Below the pieces are notes generated by a model. That model worked only from the letters and a program-made list of their open reading frames with translations. It did not search any database and had not been told where the DNA came from. A DNA stretch of 64,000 nucleotides, from IMG/VR virus record IMGVR_UViG_3300042566_002057, positions 1 to 64,000 of that record. The stretch is one strand, 5' to 3'. Position 1 is the stretch's first letter. Each line of letters starts with the position of its first letter. Source of the DNA: a virus. Shown piece by piece: positions 16,496 to 25,825 of the stretch. A program made the position numbers and the translations under genes.

Positions 16496-18097
16496 TTATA
16501 CTTTATAAAGTTCTTCAATATTTAAGTTAAAGTCTTCTGGTGTAATTCCATTATTTTTCTTATAGTTAATACTTTCCTTTACTAACTGAATTGCTTTCTG
16601 TTTGTTTTCTTCACTTACCCAGAACGGATAAGGTAATCTTTCGATATCTTTACTTTGTATATTTTTAGTGTGATTAATAACACTTTTTAATATCTCATTA
16701 CATTTAGATGTAAGTAACCACCCAATAATAAAAAGTAGTTCTGATTTATTAACACCTTCTTTTAATACAGCTATCGGAGCTCCTGAGTCTAAAATATAAC
16801 CAGATGGTAAGTATCTTGCTTTTATGGATGATGAAATAAGTTGCCAAGTAAGACCTTCTCTTTTAAAATAAGGTTTACCACCAACACCGTGTAAGTACCA
16901 GTTACCATTTTTCTTAAAAGTTATACAAGCATCGCCATCATCTTTCCAGAATATCACAGTATTTGGTTTACTATAAAGAGTCTCATTAGTCGCTTTATTA
17001 TAATAACAATAATCACTATTTGGAATAGTTATTACAGACGGAGTTTCTTTCTTAGTTATTGAAATATTTCTACGAGTTGATCCAGATTTTTCTAAATCCT
17101 GATACTCTTTTATTTTACCTAATGATAACTTATTATTTCTAGCTTTTGATATTTCTCTTTCTAATGTAATTGGATCATCAAAGAATGTAAAGTCATACTC
17201 TTCAATAATTGTATTGTCTTCTCTGATATCCCTTAAAAAAAGTTCGTTTTTACCAACAGTCATTCCACTTGTTCCAATTAAGTAACTTTGTAGTTTTTCT
17301 CCAACAAAATACTTTACATATTCTTGTTGAATATACCAAGAAAAATTACTTGTTAGAATCATATTATCATAAGGTATTTCAACGCTATCTAATAATATGT
17401 GGTTTTGATGATTTGATTTATGATGTGTTAAAACTATCATTGGATAATCAGTTTCTTCTGAGAAGTTTAATAATCTTTCTATTTGATTATAACCTTGTTC
17501 ATAAAGAAATAATCTTAAACCAGTCATTGTTTTGATTGTAAGAAATGTATCAGATGATATAAAAACTAATTTACCATCTGGTTTAAGACATTCAATTGAT
17601 TTAATCATAAAGAATGAGTAAGTCTCTTTTTTAATTTTGTGACCGTTTCTTATACCATACTTTTTATCCATTTCATCTTGATACTTTGGATCGATTGTTC
17701 CTCCAAATGGTGGATTTCCTATGATATAATCAAAACCATCTACTGTAGGATTGTAAAGAAAGTAATCTGAAAGTAATAAGTTATGAGTTTCTGGTAAGAA
17801 TCCATACTTTTCTTTTATGTTTTCAAGACACTCGTTGTAAAGTTCAGAATCATATTCTACACCATAAAGATTATTATTAAGAATCTTGGTAAGTTTTTCT
17901 TCTACTGTACCTTCATAAATTTCTAAAAATTCATCTATTATACTGATAATAAAATTACCACATCCAAAAGAAGGTTCTAATACTTTATTTGATTTAGTGA
18001 AAGTGTATCTTTTAACAATTGACCGACATTTGTCAATTGGTGTCATAAATTGACCTAATTGTTTCTTCTTTGTTCTCTGTGTTTTAACTTCTGCCAT
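16496..18097 (-). CDS. N6-adenine DNA methyltransferase (gamma class, Eco57I/TaqI-like)
   Basis: GQFMTP, VLEPSFGCGNF (motif I), IIGNPPF (motif IV). Confidence 0.92.
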   Translation of the reverse strand: MAEVKTQRTKKKQLGQFMTPIDKCRSIVKRYTFTKSNKVLEPSFGCGNFIISIIDEFLEIYEGTVEEKLTKILNNNLYGVEYDSELYNECLENIKEKYGFLPETHNLLLSDYFLYNPTVDGFDYIIGNPPFGGTIDPKYQDEMDKKYGIRNGHKIKKETYSFFMIKSIECLKPDGKLVFISSDTFLTIKTMTGLRLFLYEQGYNQIERLLNFSEETDYPMIVLTHHKSNHQNHILLDSVEIPYDNMILTSNFSWYIQQEYVKYFVGEKLQSYLIGTSGMTVGKNELFLRDIREDNTIIEEYDFTFFDDPITLEREISKARNNKLSLGKIKEYQDLEKSGSTRRNISITKKETPSVITIPNSDYCYYNKATNETLYSKPNTVIFWKDDGDACITFKKNGNWYLHGVGGKPYFKREGLTWQLISSSIKARYLPSGYILDSGAPIAVLKEGVNKSELLFIIGWLLTSKCNEILKSVINHTKNIQSKDIERLPYPFWVSEENKQKAIQLVKESINYKKNNGITPEDFNLNIEELYKV

Positions 18098-18200
18098 CTA
18101 AGAAATAGTTTTTAATTATATCGGAAATTTGATAATATGTTTAATTTGTTTATTATCGGAAGTATATACATTTATATATATGTAAAAATAAGTATAGATT

Positions 18201-18371
18201 ATGCCAGCAAAAGATAAAATGTTTTCTTTAAGAATTCCTGAAAAACTTCTGGAAGAATACAGACAATTCTGTGAAGAAAACTCAATTAATATATCTAAAA
18301 GACTTAGAAAGTTTATGGAAAGAGATTTAGAGGTGTGGTATCAGAAGAAAAAATCTAATATCGGAAAATAA
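18201..18371 (+). CDS. ribbon-helix-helix DNA-binding protein (56 aa)
   Basis: MPAKDKMFSLRIPEKLLEEYRQFCEENSINISKRLRKFM pattern; divergent from the MTase; below the ORF-track cutoff. Confidence 0.75.
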   Translation: MPAKDKMFSLRIPEKLLEEYRQFCEENSINISKRLRKFMERDLEVWYQKKKSNIGK

Positions 18372-18395
18372 TATATACAAAAAATAGAATAAACA

Positions 18396-19805
18396 ATGAG
18401 ATATATTAAAGGCTACTCAAAATTTATAAATGAATCAAAAAGAGAAATTGAAAAAAATGCTTTAATTGTTGAAAAGCAAGTACTTAATGAGTTTTCCTCT
18501 GACTTTTGGTCATTGTGTTTAAGATCTAAAATATTCACTAATGAGGAAAAATCTTATATCGAAAATAACTTGATTGGTCAAAATGTTTCTTTGGTAACTG
18601 AAGAGTGGGAATGGTTAGATAAAGCTGTAGATTGGGCTAAAGACAAAGGAGAGAAAATGTTAAACTTTGTCGGTGATAAAATTAAAGCTGTTAAAAATGG
18701 TCTTAAAGAATTTGTCAGCTCAATGGTTGCTTTTGCTAAGAAATTATTTATTTCTGGATTAAATGGTGTTTTATCACAAGCTGCTAAGTTCAAACAAAAA
18801 ATTTCAGGAGACGGTAAAGTAAAAAAACAAATTGAGGAACTAGATCCTCAAAAGTCTAAAAATGAAATCGAAGATTTAAAGAAGACCTTTCAATTTTGGG
18901 CACCTGGTAAAACAGCAGCTGAAGCAAAACCATCAGCTGATGTAGCAGCAGGTCAAATTGAGGCTAAACTAAAAACAGCAGAAGGTGAAGCTGTTTCATC
19001 AACTGAGAAAAACTTAACAGAAGCTGAAGAAGAAGCAAAGAATGAATCAGTATCAACAATTATCTATTCTACTTCAGATGATATTTTAGAAAGTTTTTAT
19101 AATCTTTCATTAATAAAAGAAGCTGAAGAAGCTCCAGAAGGTGGTGAAGAAAAAAAGACAACTGGTCAAAAATGTATTGATTGGATTTTAGGATTCTTAG
19201 GTCAAGAGAAAATGGATCCAGATGCTAAAACAGGAAAGAAATTATTCTGGTGGGGTAAATTATTCTTAAAAATTCTTTCTACTTGTTTAAGTCCTATTCT
19301 AAAAGTAGTTGAAGTTTTAGTTAAAACTGGTGCTAATTTAGCACTTAAAGGTGTTTCAATGATTACAGGAGCTTTAGGTGGTCCCGGTGCTTTTGAATTT
19401 GCTTTACTTGGTGGTTTATGTGGTGGAATTATCGGTATAATATATGATTCACTTATGTTATTTGGTGATGCTGGAGCATCAACTGGTGCTGATACAATGG
19501 GTATGGTTAAAAAGTGGTTAGCACACGCTATAAATGAATCACTTGAATTATTTCCATCTTATAAAACATTAAAGTATATCTTTGCTGGATTTTGTGCTGG
19601 AATGACACTTTGGCATGTTATTGAAGAAATCAAACATTTAATGCATGCTGGTCACGGAGAACACAAAGAAGGCGAAGCGAAGGAAGGAGAAGCTGTAAAA
19701 CCAGGAGAAAAACCTGTGGTAACAAAACCTGGAGAGAAACCTGAACCTGTTAAACCAGGAGAAAAACCAGCAACTGGAGGAGCACCTGCACCAGCAGCGG
19801 CATAA
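18396..19805 (+). CDS. hypothetical protein with hydrophobic segments and a KPGEKP-rich tail (probable virion protein)
   Basis: MRYIKGYSKFINE N-terminal motif; upstream AATATATA. Confidence 0.75.
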   Translation: MRYIKGYSKFINESKREIEKNALIVEKQVLNEFSSDFWSLCLRSKIFTNEEKSYIENNLIGQNVSLVTEEWEWLDKAVDWAKDKGEKMLNFVGDKIKAVKNGLKEFVSSMVAFAKKLFISGLNGVLSQAAKFKQKISGDGKVKKQIEELDPQKSKNEIEDLKKTFQFWAPGKTAAEAKPSADVAAGQIEAKLKTAEGEAVSSTEKNLTEAEEEAKNESVSTIIYSTSDDILESFYNLSLIKEAEEAPEGGEEKKTTGQKCIDWILGFLGQEKMDPDAKTGKKLFWWGKLFLKILSTCLSPILKVVEVLVKTGANLALKGVSMITGALGGPGAFEFALLGGLCGGIIGIIYDSLMLFGDAGASTGADTMGMVKKWLAHAINESLELFPSYKTLKYIFAGFCAGMTLWHVIEEIKHLMHAGHGEHKEGEAKEGEAVKPGEKPVVTKPGEKPEPVKPGEKPATGGAPAPAAA

Positions 19806-19918
19806 AAAATTAAAAATATTTTAATTAAATTTGGTAGAATTAAAACTTTTATCTAATTTTGTATAAAATAATGACAAAAACCTCGAAAGAGAGTAATAAC
19901 TTTTAATATATAACAACA

Positions 19919-20032
19919 ATGAGAACAAATAATACAAATATGATGAACCTGACACTCAATGTGGTGAATATTACGTTATGTAATATTAGACCGTCTGAGG
20001 GTTCCTTCCTATTTAGAAAATTTGTCTCGTAA
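19919..20032 (+). CDS. attenuator leader peptide 6, MRTNNTNMMNLTLNVVNITLCNIRPSEGSFLFRKFVS
   Basis: Codons 1-24 use only M,R,T,N,L,V,I,C, the amino acids of the 14 downstream tRNAs; TCTGAGGGTTC 19994-20004 pairs with the terminator 5' arm. Confidence 0.92.
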   Translation: MRTNNTNMMNLTLNVVNITLCNIRPSEGSFLFRKFVS

Positions 20033-20063
20033 AATGTGACGTATTTATAACTAAATATAAAAA

Positions 20064-20095
20064 GAACCCTCAGATAAAAATCTGAGGGTTTTTTT
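20064..20095 (+). terminator. attenuator terminator 6
   Basis: GAACCCTCAGAT-AAAA-ATCTGAGGGTTT plus T-tract. Confidence 0.92.
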
Positions 20096-20110
20096 ATGTC
20101 TAAAAAATTA

Positions 20111-20195
20111 CGGTAGGTACCCGAGCGGTCTTCAGGGACCAGTCTGATACACTGGGTGAGAAATCACAACGTGGGTTCAAATCCCACCCTACCGA
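20111..20195 (+). tRNA. tRNA-Ile(GAT) with long variable arm
   Basis: CCAGT-CTGATAC-ACTGG; variable hairpin GTGA-GAAA-TCAC. Confidence 0.82.
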
Positions 20196-20203
20196 CAAAA
20201 TAT

Positions 20204-20275
20204 GGCTCCTTCGTCCAATGGATAGGACGTCGCTCTTCTAAAGCGAAGATACTGGTTCGAATCCAGTAGGGGCTA
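20204..20275 (+). tRNA. tRNA-Arg(TCT)
   Basis: TCGCT-CTTCTAA-AGCGA. Confidence 0.9.
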
Positions 20276-20285
20276 CAAATAAAAT

Positions 20286-20367
20286 GCCGAGGTGGTGGAA
20301 TGGTAGACACACCAGTTTAAGAAGCTGGTATCCTCAGGGTGTGAGAGTTCGAGTCTCTCCCTCGGTA
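20286..20367 (+). tRNA. tRNA-Leu(AAG)
   Basis: CCAGT-TTAAGAA-GCTGG; Leu-type body with long variable arm. Confidence 0.85.
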
Positions 20368-20373
20368 CAAAAT

Positions 20374-20462
20374 GGGCTTGTAGCTGATTTGGTTTTAGCT
20401 GGTGACTGTTAATCACTGTATGAAAAATTGAAATAAAGTAGGTTCGAATCCTACCTGGCCCG
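20374..20462 (+). tRNA. tRNA-Asn(GTT) with long variable region
   Basis: GGTGA-CTGTTAA-TCACT; G73. Confidence 0.78.
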
Positions 20463-20468
20463 CAAATC

Positions 20469-20539
20469 GCCCCGATGGCGTAAAGGTAGCGTATCTCTTT
20501 TACATGGAGAAGGCAGTGGTTCGATACCACTTCGGGGTA
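20469..20539 (+). tRNA. tRNA-Val(TAC)
   Basis: TCTCT-TTTACAT-GGAGA. Confidence 0.85.
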
Positions 20540-20546
20540 CTAAAAT

Positions 20547-20619
20547 TGTCAGTTAGCTCATTTGGTAGAGCACTTGTCTGATACACAAGAGGTGGTGGGA
20601 TCGTAACCCGCACTGACAA
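20547..20619 (+). tRNA. tRNA-Ile(GAT)
   Basis: CTTGT-CTGATAC-ACAAG; ATCGTAA T-loop. Confidence 0.87.
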
Positions 20620-20625
20620 CAACAA

Positions 20626-20708
20626 GCACCTGTGGTCGAGTGGTGTCGTAAGACGAGAGGCACTGGATTGCAAACCCAGTCACGGGGGTTCGAATCCCTC
20701 CAGGTGCT
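20626..20708 (+). tRNA. tRNA-Cys(GCA) with extra hairpin in the D-loop
   Basis: TTGCAAA loop; U73; GTC-GTAA-GAC insert. Confidence 0.82.
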
Positions 20709-20716
20709 CAAAATAT

Positions 20717-20788
20717 GCTGATGTCGTATAATGGTTATTACATTGCCTTTGTAACGCAAATATGTGGGTTCGACTCCCTCCATCAGCT
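20717..20788 (+). tRNA. tRNA-Thr(TGT)
   Basis: GCTGATG/CATCAGC acceptor; TTTGTAA loop. Confidence 0.82.
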
Positions 20789-20794
20789 CTAAAA

Positions 20795-20866
20795 TGTCTC
20801 GTAGTTTAATGGGAAAACGTTACCTTGACATGGTAAAGAGAGTGGGATCGTTACCCACCGAGACAA
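20795..20866 (+). tRNA. tRNA-Val(GAC)
   Basis: TTACC-TTGACAT-GGTAA. Confidence 0.85.
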
Positions 20867-20871
20867 CAAAA

Positions 20872-20990
20872 AATAATGGATGGTGATTGCAAGGGTTACT
20901 TCGTTTAATGACTAAACAATTGACTTTTAATCAATCTACACTGGTTCGATCCCAGTAGTATATCACTCTTCAAGGCTTTCCTCCGTTATT
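20872..20990 (+). ncRNA. tRNA-Lys(TTT)-like core embedded in a structured element, no normal acceptor end
   Basis: D-like arm, ATTGA-CTTTTAA-TCAAT and ACTGG-TTCGATC-CCAGT, flanked by TGATTGCAAGGGTTACTTCG and ACTCTTCAAGGCTTTCCTCC. Confidence 0.6.
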
Positions 20991-20996
20991 TTATTT

Positions 20997-21069
20997 GCCT
21001 CTATGACGTAATTGGCAGTCGTATGCGCCTTAGAAGCGTAGTGTCCGAGTTCGAATCTCGGTAGAGGTA
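20997..21069 (+). tRNA. tRNA-Leu(TAG), short variable loop
   Basis: TGCGC-CTTAGAA-GCGTA. Confidence 0.85.
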
Positions 21070-21083
21070 CAAACAAAACGAAT

Positions 21084-21156
21084 GCCCCGGTGACGTAATT
21101 GGCAGTCGTATCCGGCTTAAAATCGGAGTGTGCGGGTTCGAATCCCGTCTGGGGTA
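21084..21156 (+). tRNA. tRNA-Leu(TAA), short variable loop
   Basis: TCCGG-CTTAAAA-TCGGA. Confidence 0.85.
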
Positions 21157-21164
21157 CAAAATAA

Positions 21165-21237
21165 GCAGTTATCGTATAATCGGTGATTACACGTCCTTGG
21201 TAAGGATGAGACCCCAGTTCGATCCTGGGTATCTGCT
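21165..21237 (+). tRNA. tRNA-Thr(GGT)
   Basis: CGTCC-TTGGTAA-GGATG. Confidence 0.87.
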
Positions 21238-21243
21238 CTAAAT

Positions 21244-21313
21244 GCCGCGGCTTAGTGGAAAAGGACATTGGCTCATATCCGATGTTAAGTGAGTTCGAAC
21301 CTCATACGCGGTA
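21244..21313 (+). tRNA. tRNA-Met(CAT) (elongator Met or Ile2)
   Basis: ATTGG-CTCATAT-CCGAT; reduced D-arm. Confidence 0.7.
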
Positions 21314-21323
21314 CTAATAAAAA

Positions 21324-21396
21324 GCCTCTATGACGTAATTGGTAGTCGTATTTGTCTCAAAAGCAAAGTGTCCGGATTCGAATTCCGGTAGAGGTA
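21324..21396 (+). tRNA. tRNA-Leu(CAA), short variable loop
   Basis: TTTGT-CTCAAAA-GCAAA; paralog of 20997..21069. Confidence 0.85.
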
Positions 21397-22092
21397 CTAA
21401 GAAAGTATATAACTTTCAAGTTTATCAAAGTACTCTAAATCTACAAGATAGTATTCGTCACATATAAAAGTAATCTCTTGTAAATTGACTTTATTTATAT
21501 TACCCTCTTGATATCCATTGACTATGTAGTTTACATCACTTAGAACTTCATCAGTAATTTCTATATTATTGTATTCTTTATACCAATCAAAATTATCTCT
21601 TAATTCGGTAAAAAGATCATCTATATTTGGATTCCAAAAATATCTAAATCCATTTTTAGGAAAAAACATATATGTGTTTTTTAGTCTGTCTGGTCCAGCA
21701 TAATCAGATGCAATAGAAAGATTTTTAGTAGCAAACACACCACGACTTCTAAGTGGTATTCCAAATTTTCTTTCTAGACCTTTATTTATCAGTTCATTTA
21801 TTTCCCAATTTGTGTCTTTTGCTTTTCTTTTTTCGATTGGTTCTATCTTCCAAACTCCATCCAATATATTTGTTTGATTAACAGGTTCTTTATAATCCAT
21901 TTTATTTCTAAACATTTCCGCCTCCCATGCTGTGTCAGGACTAGTTAAAAATCCTCTATATAAAGAACTTATTCTATTAGTTTTTAGAAGATTTAAAAAT
22001 TCACCACATTCAGATTCTAAGATATCTACCATCTTCTCAAATGTATTATCATTATTTTCTGTAAAAATTCTAAATTCTTTGAGGTATTTCAT
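21397..22092 (-). CDS. hypothetical protein (MKYLKEFRIFTE motif)
   Basis: 231 aa; LYRG and FAT motifs loosely resemble ADP-ribosyltransferase folds; upstream AATATATA. Confidence 0.7.
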   Translation of the reverse strand: MKYLKEFRIFTENNDNTFEKMVDILESECGEFLNLLKTNRISSLYRGFLTSPDTAWEAEMFRNKMDYKEPVNQTNILDGVWKIEPIEKRKAKDTNWEINELINKGLERKFGIPLRSRGVFATKNLSIASDYAGPDRLKNTYMFFPKNGFRYFWNPNIDDLFTELRDNFDWYKEYNNIEITDEVLSDVNYIVNGYQEGNINKVNLQEITFICDEYYLVDLEYFDKLESYILS

Positions 22093-22158
22093 ATTTGTAT
22101 ATATTAATTTAACAAAAAATAATTTGATAGTCTAAGGTAATATAACTATATTTGTCTT

Positions 22159-23616
22159 ATGAAAAATATTGTTACAAGAATTGCGCCTTCTCCTACAGGA
22201 CCATTTGCTCATATTGGAAATGTTAGAACCTTACTTTATAACTACTTTCTTGCTAAAAGACACGGTGGTAAATTCATTGTTCGTTTAGAAGATACAGATC
22301 GTGACCGTTATACACCATCGTTTTTAACATATTTCAAAGATATGTGTGATTGGCTTGGAATAGTTCCAGATGCTTCTTACTGGAATCCTGATCCAACTAT
22401 TGGTTCTTTTACACAATCAGAAAGAGATTACTCTAAATATGTTAAATTCTTACTAGATAATGGTCTGGCTTATTACGCTTTTGACACTAAGGATGATTTA
22501 GATTCTCTTAAATCAAAAGGTCTTAAATATGACGCGACTACTCGTATGTCTATGAATAACTCTTTGACTAATCCATCAACTGATTTGATGTTACAAAGTG
22601 GTGTTCCCTATGTTATTCGTTTCGCAGTAACTCCTGATGTTGATATCACTTTTGATGATGCTATTTTAGGAACTATTACTATAAACACAAATACACTTGA
22701 TGATAAAGTTCTTATTAAGTCTAATGGTATTGGTTCTTATCATCTTTGTAATGTTTGCGACGACCACGATATGGGAGTTACTCATGTTCTTAGAGGTAAC
22801 GAGTGGGTAAATTCTACACCTTTTCATATTCTAATGTATAATGCTCTTGGATGGGATGTTCCAACATTTGCTCACTTACCATTAATTATGAATCCGGATG
22901 GTAAGGGAAAGTTATCAAAAAGAACAGCAATGAAGTATGGTATTCCAATTGCTCCAATCGGATATACCGATGATTCAGGTACTTATGTTCCTGGTTGGAA
23001 GGATTTAGGATATGATCCTAAGGCATTTATGAACGCACTTGCTCTTATCGGTTGGAACCCAGGAGACGATGTTGAAATTATGTCAATGAGTGGTATGATT
23101 AATTCATTCTCTTTAGATAGAGTTAATAAATCAGGTGCTCGTTTTGATATGGATAAAGCAAAGTGGATTAACGCTTATCATTTAAGAATGACCTCAAACT
23201 CTTGTCTTAAACCTTTTATCAATATAAAAGACGATAGATACTCTGATGATAAGTTAGATATGATTATTAATTTGGCTAAAGAAAGATCAAACTTCAAGTC
23301 TGACTTAAATGTAATTGTTGATTTATTTTACAATAATCCTATCATAACAGATGTTAAAAAGTTAGATGATAATTTTGTAAAAGTATTTTCTAAATTTATT
23401 TTATCTGATGTTGATTACACTAGTTCTGACTCTATCAAAGATTCTATATTGTCTGTGTGTAATGATGTTGATGTGAAAATTGGAAAAGTAATGCCTGGAT
23501 TAAGAATGGCTTTAGTTGGTGGAATTTCTGGACCAGACTTACCAACAACTATGTTTATTTTAGGTAAAGATGAAGTTATCAAAAGAATTTCAACTTCTTT
23601 ACCAGTACTAAACTAA
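22159..23616 (+). CDS. gltX: glutamyl-tRNA synthetase
   Basis: RIAPSPTG, HIGN, RLEDTD, THVLRG and KLSKR motifs. Confidence 0.97.
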   Translation: MKNIVTRIAPSPTGPFAHIGNVRTLLYNYFLAKRHGGKFIVRLEDTDRDRYTPSFLTYFKDMCDWLGIVPDASYWNPDPTIGSFTQSERDYSKYVKFLLDNGLAYYAFDTKDDLDSLKSKGLKYDATTRMSMNNSLTNPSTDLMLQSGVPYVIRFAVTPDVDITFDDAILGTITINTNTLDDKVLIKSNGIGSYHLCNVCDDHDMGVTHVLRGNEWVNSTPFHILMYNALGWDVPTFAHLPLIMNPDGKGKLSKRTAMKYGIPIAPIGYTDDSGTYVPGWKDLGYDPKAFMNALALIGWNPGDDVEIMSMSGMINSFSLDRVNKSGARFDMDKAKWINAYHLRMTSNSCLKPFINIKDDRYSDDKLDMIINLAKERSNFKSDLNVIVDLFYNNPIITDVKKLDDNFVKVFSKFILSDVDYTSSDSIKDSILSVCNDVDVKIGKVMPGLRMALVGGISGPDLPTTMFILGKDEVIKRISTSLPVLN

Positions 23617-24189
23617 CTACTTTATTAATGTAACATGACCGGTGATCATTTTAAGTTCACCGGTTTCTTTCATGTCTATTAACATAGTCCAGACATAAAC
23701 TCCATCTTGAACCAAACTACCATTGTGAGTACCATCCCATTTATCGTTCGCGTTGTGAGATTCCCAAATCACATCACCCCATCTATTATAAATTAATAAC
23801 TCAAAATTTTCTATTGAGATACCACTTGTTAATATTGGACCCCATGTTTGATTAAATTCATTCCCATCTGGAGTAAAACTGTTTGGTACCCAATATATGA
23901 GTGGATCACATTCGGTTACTACTATTTGTAAGACTTGAGGTACACTTTCACACCCAATATCATTATATCCAATAGCAACAAGTTCATATTGACCTGGATC
24001 GCTAAATATAATATCTGTGCTACTTCCTTCATCTATTAAACTACCATTTAAGAACCAAGATATTGTACCACTTACATCTAATGATGTAGAATAAGTAAAT
24101 ACTTTTTCATACTCACAAATCTCAAACTCTTGTTGTGAGTATGATATAAAGTAACTGAATAAAAATAATATCAAAAATAAGTGTCTCAT
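23617..24189 (-). CDS. secreted protein with gliding-motility-associated (T9SS type B) C-terminal domain
   Basis: Signal peptide; VPNSFTPDGNEFN...IYNRWG...WDG...GVYVW...GHVTLIK. Confidence 0.88.
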   Translation of the reverse strand: MRHLFLILFLFSYFISYSQQEFEICEYEKVFTYSTSLDVSGTISWFLNGSLIDEGSSTDIIFSDPGQYELVAIGYNDIGCESVPQVLQIVVTECDPLIYWVPNSFTPDGNEFNQTWGPILTSGISIENFELLIYNRWGDVIWESHNANDKWDGTHNGSLVQDGVYVWTMLIDMKETGELKMITGHVTLIK

Positions 24190-24190
24190 T

Positions 24191-24757
24191 TTAGTTATGT
24201 TGTATTGGTGTCAATGTTGGTTGTGGTGCTACACCAGTATTTGACGTAGCAGTAAAAGTACAACCACCATTTGAGTAAGTATATGTAATTGTTGCTGCTC
24301 CTGCTCCAGCGACTTGTGGACAAAATTGCCCATTAACTACACCTGTTCCTGACCAAACACCACCCACTGGTAATCCTACTAATGGTACACATGGATCAGT
24401 TACACAAAATGGACCAACAGATGTAATAGTTGGAACAACTTGATAAATCAAAACATTTAAGTTCACAGGATTTGATGGACAACCTTGTTGTGAAGTATAA
24501 ACAACACTTACCGCGTTATTAATAAGTCCTGGAGGACAATTTGACCAGTTAACATTGATTGAGTTTGTACCCTGACCCGATGTAATAGTAGCACATGCTG
24601 GTACGGTCCAAGTATAAGTACCAGCACCAATTGAAGTAACTTGATACTGTGATAAAGATTGTGTTTGATAACAAACTGTGTCTGGGTTTGTTGTTGTTAG
24701 TTGACCAAAAGCCACTGATGTTAAGAGAACAAAGAATAATAAAATTAATTTTTTCAT
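24191..24757 (-). CDS. secreted PKD/Ig-like Cys-rich protein
   Basis: Signal peptide; YTWTVP...SGQGTNSINVNW; ends PIQHN. Confidence 0.75.
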   Translation of the reverse strand: MKKLILLFFVLLTSVAFGQLTTTNPDTVCYQTQSLSQYQVTSIGAGTYTWTVPACATITSGQGTNSINVNWSNCPPGLINNAVSVVYTSQQGCPSNPVNLNVLIYQVVPTITSVGPFCVTDPCVPLVGLPVGGVWSGTGVVNGQFCPQVAGAGAATITYTYSNGGCTFTATSNTGVAPQPTLTPIQHN

Positions 24758-24775
24758 TTTTTCATTTAATTTTTA

Positions 24776-25825
24776 TTAGTTGTGGCTTATTGGGCCTAAA
24801 ACTATTTGAGGTGGTTGTGTTATTGTTACACTACCAGTGGCAGTGCAACCATTTAAGTTTATTGTTACAGTATAAGTACCTGGACAAAGTCCATTTATTG
24901 ATTGAGTTGTTGCTCCATTTGACCATAAATATGTTGCACCTGGATAATTAGCATTCGCCGTTCCGTTACAAAGACCAAAACAAGTTACATTAGTAAAGGT
25001 AGGATTTATTACTAATGGTGTTGGTGTGTAAGTTATTGTAGCATAACCATTTCCTGCATTGTTTGCCGGTAGACAAGTGCCACCTAATGGCATAAGTGAA
25101 GAACCAGCTCCTCCACCTCCTCCGCCATTTGATCCAGTACAACAACCGTCATTTCCACCACCACCTCCACCGTAGTATCCACCTCCACCACCTCCACCTG
25201 AGGCAGTTGACCAAAGACCACCATTACCACCTTGACCTAAAGTTCCAGCTTGACCACCTGGTGGTGTGAAATTCCAAGGGGCTCCCCCAACACCTCCAGT
25301 AGCTTGAGTGCCTCCACCACCACCAGTTCCAAATGAAGATGCACCGGCACCGCCATTTATACAGTTTGCTGTACCACCGGCTGCTGGTGACGAACCTCCG
25401 CTTTTTCCACCACCACCTCCAGCAACAATTACTCTATTACCTAAAGCAGTTCCACCGATTCTGATATCAGTGGATCCACCACCTCCACAAGAATTATAAT
25501 TTGCGTTTGCTGGATTTGATGCAAATCCGGTACCTCCACCATTCCAACCACCAGAGTTGTTACCACATGTTCCCATACCACCAACGTAGATATTTAATGT
25601 TTGTCCTGGTGTTACATTTAGAGTTGCTGTTATTCTGGATCCATTTCCTCCGGTGTTACCACCACCTTTGGCTCCAGCTACTACAACATTAATAGACGTG
25701 ACACATGGTGGAACAATCCAATTTTGTACTGAACCGGTATAGTTGAAATTAACAGTTTGAGTCTGTGAAAATGAAATATTGATTAAACAAGATAATAAGG
25801 CCAATAGTAAAAACTTTAATTTCAT
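24776..25825 (-). CDS. secreted glycine-rich protein with a SprB-like repeat
   Basis: Signal peptide; Gly-rich core; NVTCFGLCNGTA...YLWSNG...GLCPGTYTVT; ends PISHN. Confidence 0.8.
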   Translation of the reverse strand: MKLKFLLLALLSCLINISFSQTQTVNFNYTGSVQNWIVPPCVTSINVVVAGAKGGGNTGGNGSRITATLNVTPGQTLNIYVGGMGTCGNNSGGWNGGGTGFASNPANANYNSCGGGGSTDIRIGGTALGNRVIVAGGGGGKSGGSSPAAGGTANCINGGAGASSFGTGGGGGTQATGGVGGAPWNFTPPGGQAGTLGQGGNGGLWSTASGGGGGGGYYGGGGGGNDGCCTGSNGGGGGGAGSSLMPLGGTCLPANNAGNGYATITYTPTPLVINPTFTNVTCFGLCNGTANANYPGATYLWSNGATTQSINGLCPGTYTVTINLNGCTATGSVTITQPPQIVLGPISHN

